From an uncultured Candidatus Poseidoniales archaeon (lineage in GTDB: Archaea; Thermoplasmatota; Poseidoniia; Poseidoniales; Thalassarchaeaceae): 64,000 nucleotides of DNA. How positions within the stretch are numbered: position 1 is the first letter of the stretch; each line of letters starts with the position of its first letter. The notes under the pieces were generated by a model. It ran no database searches, had not been told where the DNA came from, and worked only from the letters and a program-made list of their open reading frames with translations. The position numbers and the translations under genes were made by a program. Below are positions 26,066 to 39,300 of this stretch, piece by piece. The stretch spans positions 18,346 through 82,345 of the forward strand of contig CAZLVU010000006.1 in NCBI GenBank assembly GCA_964563355.1. The letters run 5' to 3'.

Positions 26066-26098
26066 GGGGGGGGCGTACAAGCCGCCCCCCCGTTTTTT
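26066..26098 (+). terminator. Strong G/C hairpin followed by T6 (intrinsic-terminator-like, plus-strand orientation)
   Basis: GGGGGGGCG (26067-26075), a 7-nt loop, CGCCCCCCC (26083-26091), then G and TTTTTT (26093-26098). It is preceded by TTTT. On the minus strand the stem is followed by an A-tract instead. Confidence 0.45.
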
Positions 26099-26127
26099 GT
26101 GTGTGCATCCCATCCTCGCTCAATCTC

Positions 26128-26532
26128 TCACCTCAGAGCGTTCGAATCGTCGTCGAAACGAGAGCGCAACTCATCCATGCGTCTCTTGAGGAGCTCTCCA
26201 ACCGTGGCTCCCTCGATAGTCTCCTTTCGGATTAGTTCCCTGGCACCTTGTCTAAGTATGACATCCGCAGACTCTCCAGTAATCTTGCAGTGATCCCTGA
26301 GTCGAACGGTCAATTCTGGCCCTAAGTTGACCTCAATTTTGTCCCCATGACCGGGCAGGGGTGAGGCTAGCAGCCTCCTAACTGATTCCCTGATCACATC
26401 CGACCTGTTTCTCATCCCATCGAATCCTATCAGTCTGTCAATTTCTAACAGATGATCTTCTGGAATTCTAAGTGAGACCATCGGACTAGTGCCTGCCATC
26501 TCCAGCTCCTCCTGAGACTCTGAGACAGGCAA
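26128..26532 (-). CDS. Ribbon-helix-helix (CopG/NikR-type) DNA-binding protein with two tandem RHH modules
   Basis: RHH-1 is MVSLRIPEDHLLEIDRLIGFDGMRNRSDVIRESVRRLL. RHH-2 is LTVRLRDHCKITGESADVILRQGARELI. The true start may be Met12 (26499) or Met18 (26481). Confidence 0.7.
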   Translation of the reverse strand: MPVSESQEELEMAGTSPMVSLRIPEDHLLEIDRLIGFDGMRNRSDVIRESVRRLLASPLPGHGDKIEVNLGPELTVRLRDHCKITGESADVILRQGARELIRKETIEGATVGELLKRRMDELRSRFDDDSNALR

Positions 26533-26542
26533 CAGCTCTTAA

Positions 26543-26564
26543 TTGTATTGCATTTGAAATACGA
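26543..26564. promoter_or_regulatory. Imperfect inverted repeat TTGTATT-N8-AATACGA in the A/T-rich divergent promoter region between the RHH gene and the HD gene
   Basis: Six of 7 positions are complementary. It lies in the only A/T-rich stretch of the 122-bp spacer and is a candidate RHH operator and/or TATA region. Confidence 0.2.
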
Positions 26565-26654
26565 TTGAATTACATTGACAGGAGTTACGTTTTCACTCTT
26601 CATCCTCAAACGAGCGATTCAAGGCTGATGAGCTCCTGCTAGCGTCAGGGTGCT

Positions 26655-27974
26655 GTGATGAAGGTCATCAACGATGCAATACACGGACAGTTCAAACTCG
26701 AAGGAGTAACTGAAGATCTTCTAAAAACTCCCGAAATCAACAAATTGAGCCATATCAAACAACTCGGGCTGGCCCATCTCGTGTTTCCAGGTGCTCATCA
26801 TACCAGATTTGAGCATTCGCTAGGAGCTTCTCACTTAGCAGGGAAAATGGCCGATTCATTGGATCTTGATCCCACTGACAAGATAAAACTGGAGGTTGCT
26901 GCCATTCTACATGACGTAGGGCATGGTCCTTATTCGCATACGCTGGAACATATCCTGAGCGAGAGGGGTGGGCTTGATCACATGGCCGTCACTGAGGGCA
27001 TAATTCTCGGAGAATACGATGTTTTGGTAGAAGGCGAAGAAACGTCGATAGAAGATAGGGAGCTAATTCCGGAGATATTGGAGCGTCACGAAATCAATCC
27101 CAAGGAGGTTGCGTCTTTGATTAGAGGCCCTGATGCTTCTGGAACGGAACGATCTCTGATGAGCTGGGTTGATGGAATGAGCGATTTCTCTGATGGAGAC
27201 AAGACAATGCCTCATCTCATTCATGGCCCGGTCGATTGCGATCAATTGGATTACCTACTGCGTGACTCCCACTTCACCGGGGTTAAGCACGGCATGGTTG
27301 ATCACCACAGGCTGATTGAGTGCCTAGGAAGTCAGGGTGGTGACGTTGTAGTGGGGGAGGGAGGCCTCCCTGCCCTAGAGGGAATGCTCGTAGCTAGGGG
27401 TTTGATGTATAGTGCTGTGTACTTTCACAGAGTAACTAGGGTAACGGAGGTAATGTTATCCAGGGCCGTTGAGAGGGCTGGAGACGCTCTTCCGGACTCA
27501 TTGGATTTGCAACGACGTGTGGACTCAGAGATTTGGGGTGCTTTGAGTGATGTCGGCGGTTTCTCTAGGGATATGGTTAGGAGGCTAAAGTACCGTAGGC
27601 TTCTGAAGGTGTGCTTAAGTCGCAGAAAGGAAGACCTGTCCGAAGACCAAGTCGAAAGAATAGTCTCTCTGCAGAAAGATTCGGAATCCAGAAGGGCATT
27701 GGAGGACGAAATCGCCCATCGCTCTGGTTTGGAGCCGGGGTATGTCGCAATCGACGTCCCCAGTGTCAAGCTCCTATTGTCCGAGCCTAGGATGGATCAA
27801 GTAGATATCAGGATTGAAGGAGATGACGGGAAGACCCGATGGCTTCGTGAAATGACTCCCATGTCGGAGGCGTTGAAGAAGCGACAGGTAAGTCAGGATG
27901 CCTTCTATGTCATGACTATAGCCGGAATGGAGCGGAAGGTAGCGGAAACCGCGGAAAGACAATTGTTCTCCTGA
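26655..27974 (+). CDS. HD-domain phosphohydrolase (COG1078 / SAMHD1-dNTPase-like)
   Basis: RFEHSLGASHLAGKM...AAILHDVGHGPYSHTLEH...DCDQLDYLLRDSHFTG is the canonical pattern for this HD family. Confidence 0.85.
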   Translation: MMKVINDAIHGQFKLEGVTEDLLKTPEINKLSHIKQLGLAHLVFPGAHHTRFEHSLGASHLAGKMADSLDLDPTDKIKLEVAAILHDVGHGPYSHTLEHILSERGGLDHMAVTEGIILGEYDVLVEGEETSIEDRELIPEILERHEINPKEVASLIRGPDASGTERSLMSWVDGMSDFSDGDKTMPHLIHGPVDCDQLDYLLRDSHFTGVKHGMVDHHRLIECLGSQGGDVVVGEGGLPALEGMLVARGLMYSAVYFHRVTRVTEVMLSRAVERAGDALPDSLDLQRRVDSEIWGALSDVGGFSRDMVRRLKYRRLLKVCLSRRKEDLSEDQVERIVSLQKDSESRRALEDEIAHRSGLEPGYVAIDVPSVKLLLSEPRMDQVDIRIEGDDGKTRWLREMTPMSEALKKRQVSQDAFYVMTIAGMERKVAETAERQLFS

Positions 27975-28047
27975 CTTTGCACCTCACAAATCCACTCTTG
28001 GAACCATTGAAAAGGAGGACTTCGCTCGCTGGGCCGTCCGAGCCTGA

Positions 28048-31199
<3,152 letters not shown>

Positions 31200-31283
31200 C
31201 CCTGCGAGATTGCCGTCCCGTTCAATTTCCCATACTCGATAATTGTGCGAAGGTTCAATCGCGGAATTAGTGTGCCATGGTCG

Positions 31284-31973
31284 ATGGCATCCGAATCACT
31301 TCCTTGGGATGACCCCTTTGTGGCTCCCTTGCTTGTTCTTTGGTTATACCTCCCTGGATACCTGTCAAATACTGCAGCAATGTTGGGGGGGAAGTGGATA
31401 CCGGATTTGACTGGGATGCGCGTTTTCCCCATAGATGGGGGCAGAGTTCTCAGGGACGGTAATCGAATTCTGGGTGATGGCAAAACATGGAATGGCCTGA
31501 TTGGAGGAACTCTAGGAGGCGGCCTCCTAGCGACACTCACCCATGCGCTCGGGAGTGGAAATAGCATAGATTCTGCACCATTCCTAGATCCTCTTGCAAC
31601 ATATGAATTATCGACGGCCACTTCTACTGTATCAGATTCTTGGTACTACATCGGGGGTGACATCGGGGCTGCATTCATACTAGGGTGCGTACTAGGCTTT
31701 GGTTGCATGGTCGGCGACTCGGTCGGCTCCCTTGTAAAGCGCCGGCTTGGCCACAAGAGGGAGGGGGACGAAAGCTCCGAGGCCCCTTTGCTCGACACCA
31801 TGCCATTCGCCGTATCCACTTTTCTTTTTGGTCAGGTGCTCCTGGCTCCCTCTATTGTAGGGAGCCGTGACCTGTTGATGGGCATGGGCATTCTTCTGGT
31901 CATCACACCGATACTCCACAGGGCCTTCAACATACTTGGATTCCGCTTGGGACTCAAATCCGTACCCTACTAG
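31284..31973 (+). CDS. carS: CDP-archaeol synthase (CDP-2,3-bis-O-geranylgeranyl-sn-glycerol synthase, DUF46 family)
   Basis: LPGYLSNTAAMLGGKW...PIDGGRVLRDGNRILGDGKTWNGLIGGTLGG...VGDSVGSLVKRRLG matches the CarS signature. The start is chosen at Met37 of the track ORF. Confidence 0.8.
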   Translation: MASESLPWDDPFVAPLLVLWLYLPGYLSNTAAMLGGKWIPDLTGMRVFPIDGGRVLRDGNRILGDGKTWNGLIGGTLGGGLLATLTHALGSGNSIDSAPFLDPLATYELSTATSTVSDSWYYIGGDIGAAFILGCVLGFGCMVGDSVGSLVKRRLGHKREGDESSEAPLLDTMPFAVSTFLFGQVLLAPSIVGSRDLLMGMGILLVITPILHRAFNILGFRLGLKSVPY

Positions 31974-33297
31974 GGAGTTTCCAGCGTGCAATCCATTATC
32001 ACTAGAATCTCAACCGCAAGTCGTGGACGGATTCGAGGTCCTGGTAGTAGGAGCAGGAGGGAGGGAGCACGCTATAGCAATCGGCCTTTCCGAAAGCGAA
32101 TCCGTGTCCAAGGTCCATTGTTGCCCCGGTAATGCAGGGACCTCGATCGTGGGAACTAACCATCCGGTATCTACCTCGGACATCGGGGGAATAGTCGAAC
32201 TAGCGAAGAGACTGGATGTAGGACTCGTCGTCGTAGGTCCTGAGGCACCACTAGTCAACGGATTGGCCGACAGACTTAGGGCATCTACAATCCCTTGCTT
32301 TGGTCCACATTCTGAGGGAGCGATGCTGGAGGGATCCAAGCTCCACGCAAAGAAGATCATGAAAACCATCGGTGTACCCACTGGAGATTTCGAGATCGTG
32401 GAAGATATAGATAGCTTGCAAACCTCGTTGGATGCTTTCAATCCCCCTTGGGTTGTAAAACGTGACATTCTTGCTGGCGGAAAGGGGGTTATCGTCACCG
32501 AATCGAGAGAGGAGGCTACGGAAGCACTTAGGGAAGCAATCCATTCCGATGGTTTCGCATTAATCGAGGAGCACCTCCCGGGCGAGGAGGCTTCAGTTCT
32601 CGTAGTGATGGACGAAAGTGGATTCGTCCTATTGCCAGCAAGTCAGGACCACAAGAGGGTTGCCGATGGTGACGAAGGCCCAAATACCGGAGGCATGGGT
32701 GCCTATGCCCCCGCTCCAATTGCAACCCCAACCGTTCTGACTAGGGTTACTGAGGAGATTATAGAGCCAATGCACCACTATCTGAGGAATCAGGAACCCC
32801 CCTTTCGTGGATGCCTGTATGTTGGCCTGATGATCGATGAGGGAGGTGCCCCCCGCGTCGTTGAATTCAATGTTAGGCTAGGAGATCCAGAGGCACAGGT
32901 TACGATACCTCTGATTTCATCCGATCTGGGAAGGATTTTGTTAGCAGCGGCATCGGGGAGGGTTGGGGGGACTGAGGTTACTTTCCATGACCGGTGTGCA
33001 GCCACAGTTGTTCTGGCATCGGAGGGATATCCGGCTGCCCCCATCACAGGACGAATAGTCTCGGGATGGGACTCGCGAATCGATGAGGGAAGGGTTGCGG
33101 GATTCGTCCATCTCGCTGGAGCCCGCCTTGGGGGCAACGGCGAACTTCTTTCCGATGGGGGCAGGGTCCTATCTGCGACGGGCGTCGCCCCTGATCTCGG
33201 CAATGCACTAGAAGCAGCATACCAGATAATCGGAGGGGTCAAATTAGAGGGGGGGCACTTCAGGAATGACATCGGATTCAGGGCTTTCTCGAGATGA
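31936..33297 (+). CDS. purD: Phosphoribosylamine-glycine ligase
   Basis: VLVVGAGGREHAIA...CCPGNAGT...VVKRDILAGGKGV...GPNTGGMGAY...VEFNVRLGDPE. ATG 31936 overlaps carS by 38 nt. An in-frame GTG at 32023 would give the usual short N-terminus. Confidence 0.92.
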   Translation: MDSAWDSNPYPTREFPACNPLSLESQPQVVDGFEVLVVGAGGREHAIAIGLSESESVSKVHCCPGNAGTSIVGTNHPVSTSDIGGIVELAKRLDVGLVVVGPEAPLVNGLADRLRASTIPCFGPHSEGAMLEGSKLHAKKIMKTIGVPTGDFEIVEDIDSLQTSLDAFNPPWVVKRDILAGGKGVIVTESREEATEALREAIHSDGFALIEEHLPGEEASVLVVMDESGFVLLPASQDHKRVADGDEGPNTGGMGAYAPAPIATPTVLTRVTEEIIEPMHHYLRNQEPPFRGCLYVGLMIDEGGAPRVVEFNVRLGDPEAQVTIPLISSDLGRILLAAASGRVGGTEVTFHDRCAATVVLASEGYPAAPITGRIVSGWDSRIDEGRVAGFVHLAGARLGGNGELLSDGGRVLSATGVAPDLGNALEAAYQIIGGVKLEGGHFRNDIGFRAFSR

Positions 33298-33329
33298 TGG
33301 AGGGGGCCAATCTGGCACTCTGAAGTCTC

Positions 33330-33348
33330 AACCGTTCTACGAACGGTT
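33330..33348. other. Perfect 7-bp inverted repeat AACCGTT-CTACG-AACGGTT between purD and the giant aglB gene
   Basis: Read directly from the sequence. It lies 33 nt after the purD stop and 52 nt before the aglB start. No T-tract follows, so it is not a canonical terminator. Confidence 0.3.
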
Positions 33349-33399
33349 AAAACAAGCGTTCAGGTCGGCGCGCTGCTGAGCCCTTGGCTAGTCGGTCTG

Positions 33400-36300
33400 G
33401 TGGATGAGATGGAATCGGAAAAGCAGGACGTTCAACCAATCCCTTTGCCCTCTTCTTTGGGATCCCCATTGGCAATTACAACCGCTCTAACTGCCCTATT
33501 CTTGCTAATGTGCCAGATCGATGGAAGGCAACTAGGTGACGGCTACCTATCCGACTCTTTGTTACTTCCTGCAGCTGCCTTATTCTCTGCCTGCATGGGC
33601 CGAGTATCAAAATTTGTGATTCCGCTAGAATCTTCCGGACTCAGGGTGGCCGTACTTTCGGCCATTCTTCTGCTCGTTTCACTTGCTGTGAACACTTTGG
33701 CACCATCGATTAATGACGGTATGCTCGTTTCCACACTCTTACTGGTTGGCATAGTTGTAGCAATCCTAATTGAATCTAATAGAAACGAGGAGTCCAACCT
33801 ATTCTTCTCATTGATTGTCGGCCTTCACCTCTCTGCCTCCTATGCAGCCGGATTGGAGATGATCGATGGCGCTGTTACCCCTCAGATGATTGATGCAGAG
33901 AGGCTTGCGATAGGAACCTCATTCTTCTCGTTCTGGCTGGCATCCATTTCCCTCGGTGCTCTAGTCACGATTTCTATCAGGGGGGCTCTGAAAGATTTGG
34001 GTTCTGGAAAATCGATGTCGTCAGTTCCTACGGTTTCCAAGAATCATGAGGTACTGATTTACTCATCACTAATTTTCGGCGTCTTCCTCATCCCTCTCGT
34101 TTGGATAGGGCAAATGGCTGACATCGAGCAATTCTCCGAGGGTAGCCATCTTGGGGTTGTCTGGGCAATTTTCACTGCGGCTGCAATTCTCATTCATGCT
34201 TTCTTCCGGGCGGAAGGTTGGCATGTCCTCGGGGCTTTGCTTGCTGTCAACTGGATAATCTTCTCGATCGGCAGGCTACATGAGATAGGGAATGAGTTCC
34301 CAGGAATTCTTGGGGAAGCAACCTTCATCGGTTCAGTCTCATGGTTCTTCATTTGGTTTTGGTTGAACTTCTTCGCGGTAATGGCCGCATCCCGAGGGAT
34401 CTTTGGTGATGTTGCTCCAAAGAGGGAGACCAGCCAGCTTAGAGTTTGGTGGGGGGATAACTCCTATCCATTGCTCGTCGGACTCGCCTTCGTAACTGCA
34501 CTAGTCGTCAGGACGGCATGGAACGTCATTCCAGCCATGAATGCCTCAGGTACCGGTCTGTGGGACATGACGGGAGGTTCCGATCCTTGGTACATGAAGA
34601 GGGTGGTGGACTACGTTTTGGCGGAACGGAGCCATCTCATTTTCGATCACGATCGAGCCTACCCAATCGGCGGCGTAAACCCAAGACCACCACTCTTCTC
34701 CTGGTCACTCGCTCTCGGAGGCTTGGTACTATCGTGGCTTCTTGAGGTTGCACCAGAGGAAGCAGTTTGGTGGTCAATGGCTGGATTACCTGCGATATAT
34801 GGGGCACTGATTGTACTCCCTATCGCGGGAATCGCAACGAGGATACACAGTAAGAACGCGGGAATTATTTCTGCATGGCTAATCGCGTTAATGCCCGGAC
34901 ACATCAGCCGGTCAACGTTCGCTATGTCGGACCACGACTCTTTCGCAATGCTATTTTTGGGGATTTCCTTCTACTACTGGATTAGGGCGTTAGAGGAGTT
35001 AGAAAATAAGAAGATGTTTGAGTCCACGAGCTCCAATCCACTCTATTTAATCGCTGGGATTAGGGAGACTTGGAGGAGAAATCCCACTGCAATGGCGAAT
35101 GCTACGATGTCCGGAATCGCATTCACCATAATGGCTCTGGGTTGGAAGGGATTCGTTTACGGCCCGGGCATCCTATTCCTAGCCTACTCAGTTCAGGTTG
35201 CTATCAACATCTTCAGGGGGAGGGACAGCATGGAGTTCACCTCCGCCGCACTGCAGATGATGTTGACCTGCATCTTATTGCCTGCTCCATTCTATGCGTG
35301 GCCGGGGCTAAACCTCCTTTTCGCTCCTAGTGGGATGCAGCCAATGTTCTACATCATCGGTTTCACGTTCGCAGTTGGTTGGGTTGCTAGCTCCTTCAGA
35401 GACAAACCTTGGCTTCTGGTAATTATTAGTGGATCAGCCCTATTTGGATCAATTCTCGCGATACTTTACATTCTCCAAGCAGCCGAGATTTACAACGGAT
35501 GGGACATACTTTTCACCGGTGGTTTCTACTTCTCGAAGAACAAGATCTTTGGAACGATTGGAGAGGCACAAGCCCCTAGCAGAGGCGTTCTTTTCGCTTC
35601 ATACGGACCCGTGGTAACTCTCATTGCGATTGGCTGCGGTTTCGTCCTACTATGGAGGGGTAGCCGGAGAAACCGATCGGGCTTGACACTGTTGGGTTTG
35701 TGGGCAATCATTGCAACCTACATGGCATGGACGGCTGGCAGATTCATCATCAACGCTACTCCCGCCATGGCGGTCGTTGGAGGAATTGGCATCTCTATGC
35801 TCTGGAGCAATGCGAATTTCCCCGGATTCCTGAAGGTTTGGCGAAACTCCGGAATTGGGACTCCCAGGACACGCCTCCGGTCAGTTTGGCCCGCTTCAAA
35901 ATCGCGACCGGGCATTCCAGCCCTCCTCTTGGTGCTGCTTTTAGTAACATCTCAACACGCTACATATGGAATCGACTCTGGAATACCCCGGGGCGAAGAA
36001 TCGTCATATGATGTAGATTTGGAAATTTACAACATCGCTCCAGACATACTCCGAGAGAGGTATTTGCCGATTTTCAACACCAAGTCGTACAATCCAGATT
36101 CTTCAGGCCTATGGTACATGGGTACTTTCGGTCCCAGCTTCAACGGCCAAGGATGGAATGATGCATACGATTGGTTATCTAATCAAGACTCAGACTTGCC
36201 TTTCAGCCAACGACCCGCCTTCGTTTCTTGGTGGGATTATGGATTCCAAGCCCTAGCTTCAGGCCAACACCCAACAGTTGCTGATAACTTCCAGTCTGGA

Positions 36301-39300
36301 ATACCTAACAGCGGTGGGATGCTTGTTTCAGCTGGCCAAGAAGACACCCTTTCAATGTTCATCGCCACTCTGGCCCAGGGTGACAGGAGCCTCAACAACT
36401 TGGAATTGAGTGAAGAATTCCGCTCGGTTCTGTCGGCCCACATGTCCACAGAACAGGTCGCAGAGTTTGAAAACATCATCAAGAACAACGACAGAGACTT
36501 CGTCCTGAATAGGTCAATGGCTGTTGTCGCCGTCTACAATGAAGTTGAGCTTCTACATGGGGAGGTACTGGACGACGACGGAATCCCCGTGGTCGGAAAG
36601 GTGTGGATGGTTCTGGATGATGGAGGACAAGTAGGCGAATCGACACAAAACCAGTCTGAGGCAATGGCTCTATTCAACCAGACCCGATCCTCGACTTCAG
36701 AGTTTGAAATCAACTCCCCAGCTCACTATGACCTTGGTGGATATAGGTATACGAACGACCTAATCGATGATTACTACGACATTTCCACCGCCCTGCACAG
36801 GAGTAACGCACGGTTCGGCCTTATGCGCGCCTTCCTGAACACTGCCTTCGACATGGAAACTCTAGTCAACATCTACGACGGTATCACATCAATAGAGTAC
36901 GAAGGGATTTCGGACTATGAGTCTCCATCGGGTGGCACCACCACAAGGAACCATGAGATTAGGTATTTCGCTGTCGACAACCGACTATTTCCCCTAGGTG
37001 GCTCTTACTATGACGATTACAGCTATCACAGGGGTCAGACAACCGGAATTTTCCATGCACCCACACATCTTTCTGGGCTTGACATTGACACGTACATCTC
37101 CACAATGTACCAGACTCAGAGGGGCGACGGACCAATAATCCCTAGGACCCAGGAGCAGTACGAACAGGAATACCTCAATGACGTAGTTAGGCAGCAATCC
37201 GGGGCTTCAGACGCATCTGAGGTCATCAGGATGATAGATATCGACTACCAACACCAGCCGGAGTTCTTCGAAACTATGGTCGCTAGGATCTACGTAGGCT
37301 ACGGGTCATCCACTCTTGGCTTACCGGGAGAGGCCGAGACCCCATCTGTATGGTTCCTCCCCCAACAAACAAAGCTCACTGGAGCTCCCGGCTCTTATCT
37401 AGAGAACGCCTTCGCACTCCCGGGAGCCATGATGAACCATTTCGTTATTTCTAATTGGTATGATGGCAGCGAATGCGAATTCATCGAGATGGAAGGCACT
37501 GGGACCGGAACCAGCTCAAACTCCACGCTTTCAAACGTCAGCCTCTCTTCATGGGATGGTGTCGCAATAGGCCAAATGATCACAGGCAGTGACGGAATTA
37601 TCCATTCGGATGCAATAATCTCCGGATTCAACGAATCTGCTCAGACAATAAATATGAGTGAAAACTCACTCTCCAGCGGAATCGTCTCCAATCTGACTGT
37701 AATTGGTGAGAAGATTAATTCACTGTGCGGATCTCTCTATGATTCCAATCGTGTTGTCAAGGTCCTGAAGTACTACAGTGGGGCAACTATTGAGGGAACG
37801 GTATCTCTCGAGGGAGTCGGTCCAGTACCAAACGCCCGTATCCTAATTGAGAGGGACGCATTTAGTGGCGATGAAGAACCAGACGCCAATGGAAGTGTCG
37901 TTGATCATGACCCTAGGACATATTGGATTCCCATCGGAAGCACTCAAGCCGACGAAAACGGGCATTACTCATTCACCGTCCCGTCTGGGAAGATTAGGGT
38001 TTCCGCCTTTACCGGGGATCCTGACTTGGAAGCTGCCCGTTCATCGATTATGTCAACTGATGTTGGTAATTCAATGTACGAGCTCTTCAGTGAACACCAA
38101 GAGGACCGAGTCATTAATCCAATTACCGGAATCCTAGGAAACGTCTACGGCTCAACTTGGCTGTCAGAAACGACAGTCAACATTTCAGCCCAAGACGGCC
38201 ATAGTAATGGTGGCGTTATTATCGAAGCCCCGATCAAGGTTCAGCCCTCCTCTGCCTCTGGGATCATAACCTGGTCAGGAGGCCTCGATTTCAATGGGGA
38301 TCCATTGTTAGATGCTAGTGTGATTCTTACCCCTGTATCGGAGGACGTTTCCATTGAGCCCTATCGTGCCGAAACATCCAATGGCACAGTATCTGGAACT
38401 GGGTTGGAGTTTACTGGAATCGGCGAAGTGACCTTTACCGGAAACGGCTCGCTGTTGTCCGATGGTATCGTCACAGTCACAGATTTCACCGGAACTCACA
38501 CCCAATCCATCTCCAACAACCACAGCATTACGGGCGAGGGTCAATTCTCTGGACGAGGCATTCTGGAAGGTTCACTGGAGGAACTCGAGCCTGCACCTTC
38601 TTGCGCCTCGGGAGAGATCCCGGAGGGTCACGAAGTCTGCGTCTTGGACGGTGGGAATTTCCTGGTTGATGGATCGGTCAACGCTTCAGGCAGATTCACA
38701 TCCGAGGGAAACAGCGTCTTCATCAGGACTCTCAGCCAGTCAACCTTCCTTGGGTCCGGCATCTTCGAGACGGACACATCGGCAAATATTGCAACTTATG
38801 GGACTCTGAACGGGACCGGTGCCTTCTCCGGCTCCGGGATATTTAGTGGCCCTATGGTTGAACCCGGCACATTCCATATCTCTGATGCACTTCCCGGCAA
38901 GTATGACATATCGTTGGACTTCGACAATGGGACATCTATTGAAATTGAAACCAAATTCTATGTTGGACTAGTGCCCTCGGCTACGCCCATTCAGATTTCT
39001 GTTTCCGGTGGCGGGATAAAGGGATCACTCTCGGACCATTCTGGCAACCCTCTGACATCCCCCATACATGTTTTCCCCGAGAACGCCTCTTATCTGGACG
39101 CACAAACTGAGTGCGAAAAGACGCTGTCATCACCTTGCTTTGTCACTCCCGATTCCGACGGCTCCTTCCAAATCGGCCCCATCGTTCCTGGAACTTACTT
39201 TGCAGAGTTAGATGCCGACGAAGACGGCTTCCCCGAGATTTCCAAGACCTATGTCTTCACTTCCGAAGAGGACATCGTCGCAACTTTCCCCTCGGAAATT

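Noticed and set aside
25846-26127. Whether the structured spacer could be a known RNA: SRP (7S) RNA, RNase P RNA or a C/D box sRNA.
   Set aside because: I could not find the SRP helix-8 GGAA/AGCAGC-type motifs or the RNase P GAGGAAAGUCC core. There is also no C box (RUGAUGA) paired with a D box (CUGA). It is kept only as an unclassified candidate RNA.
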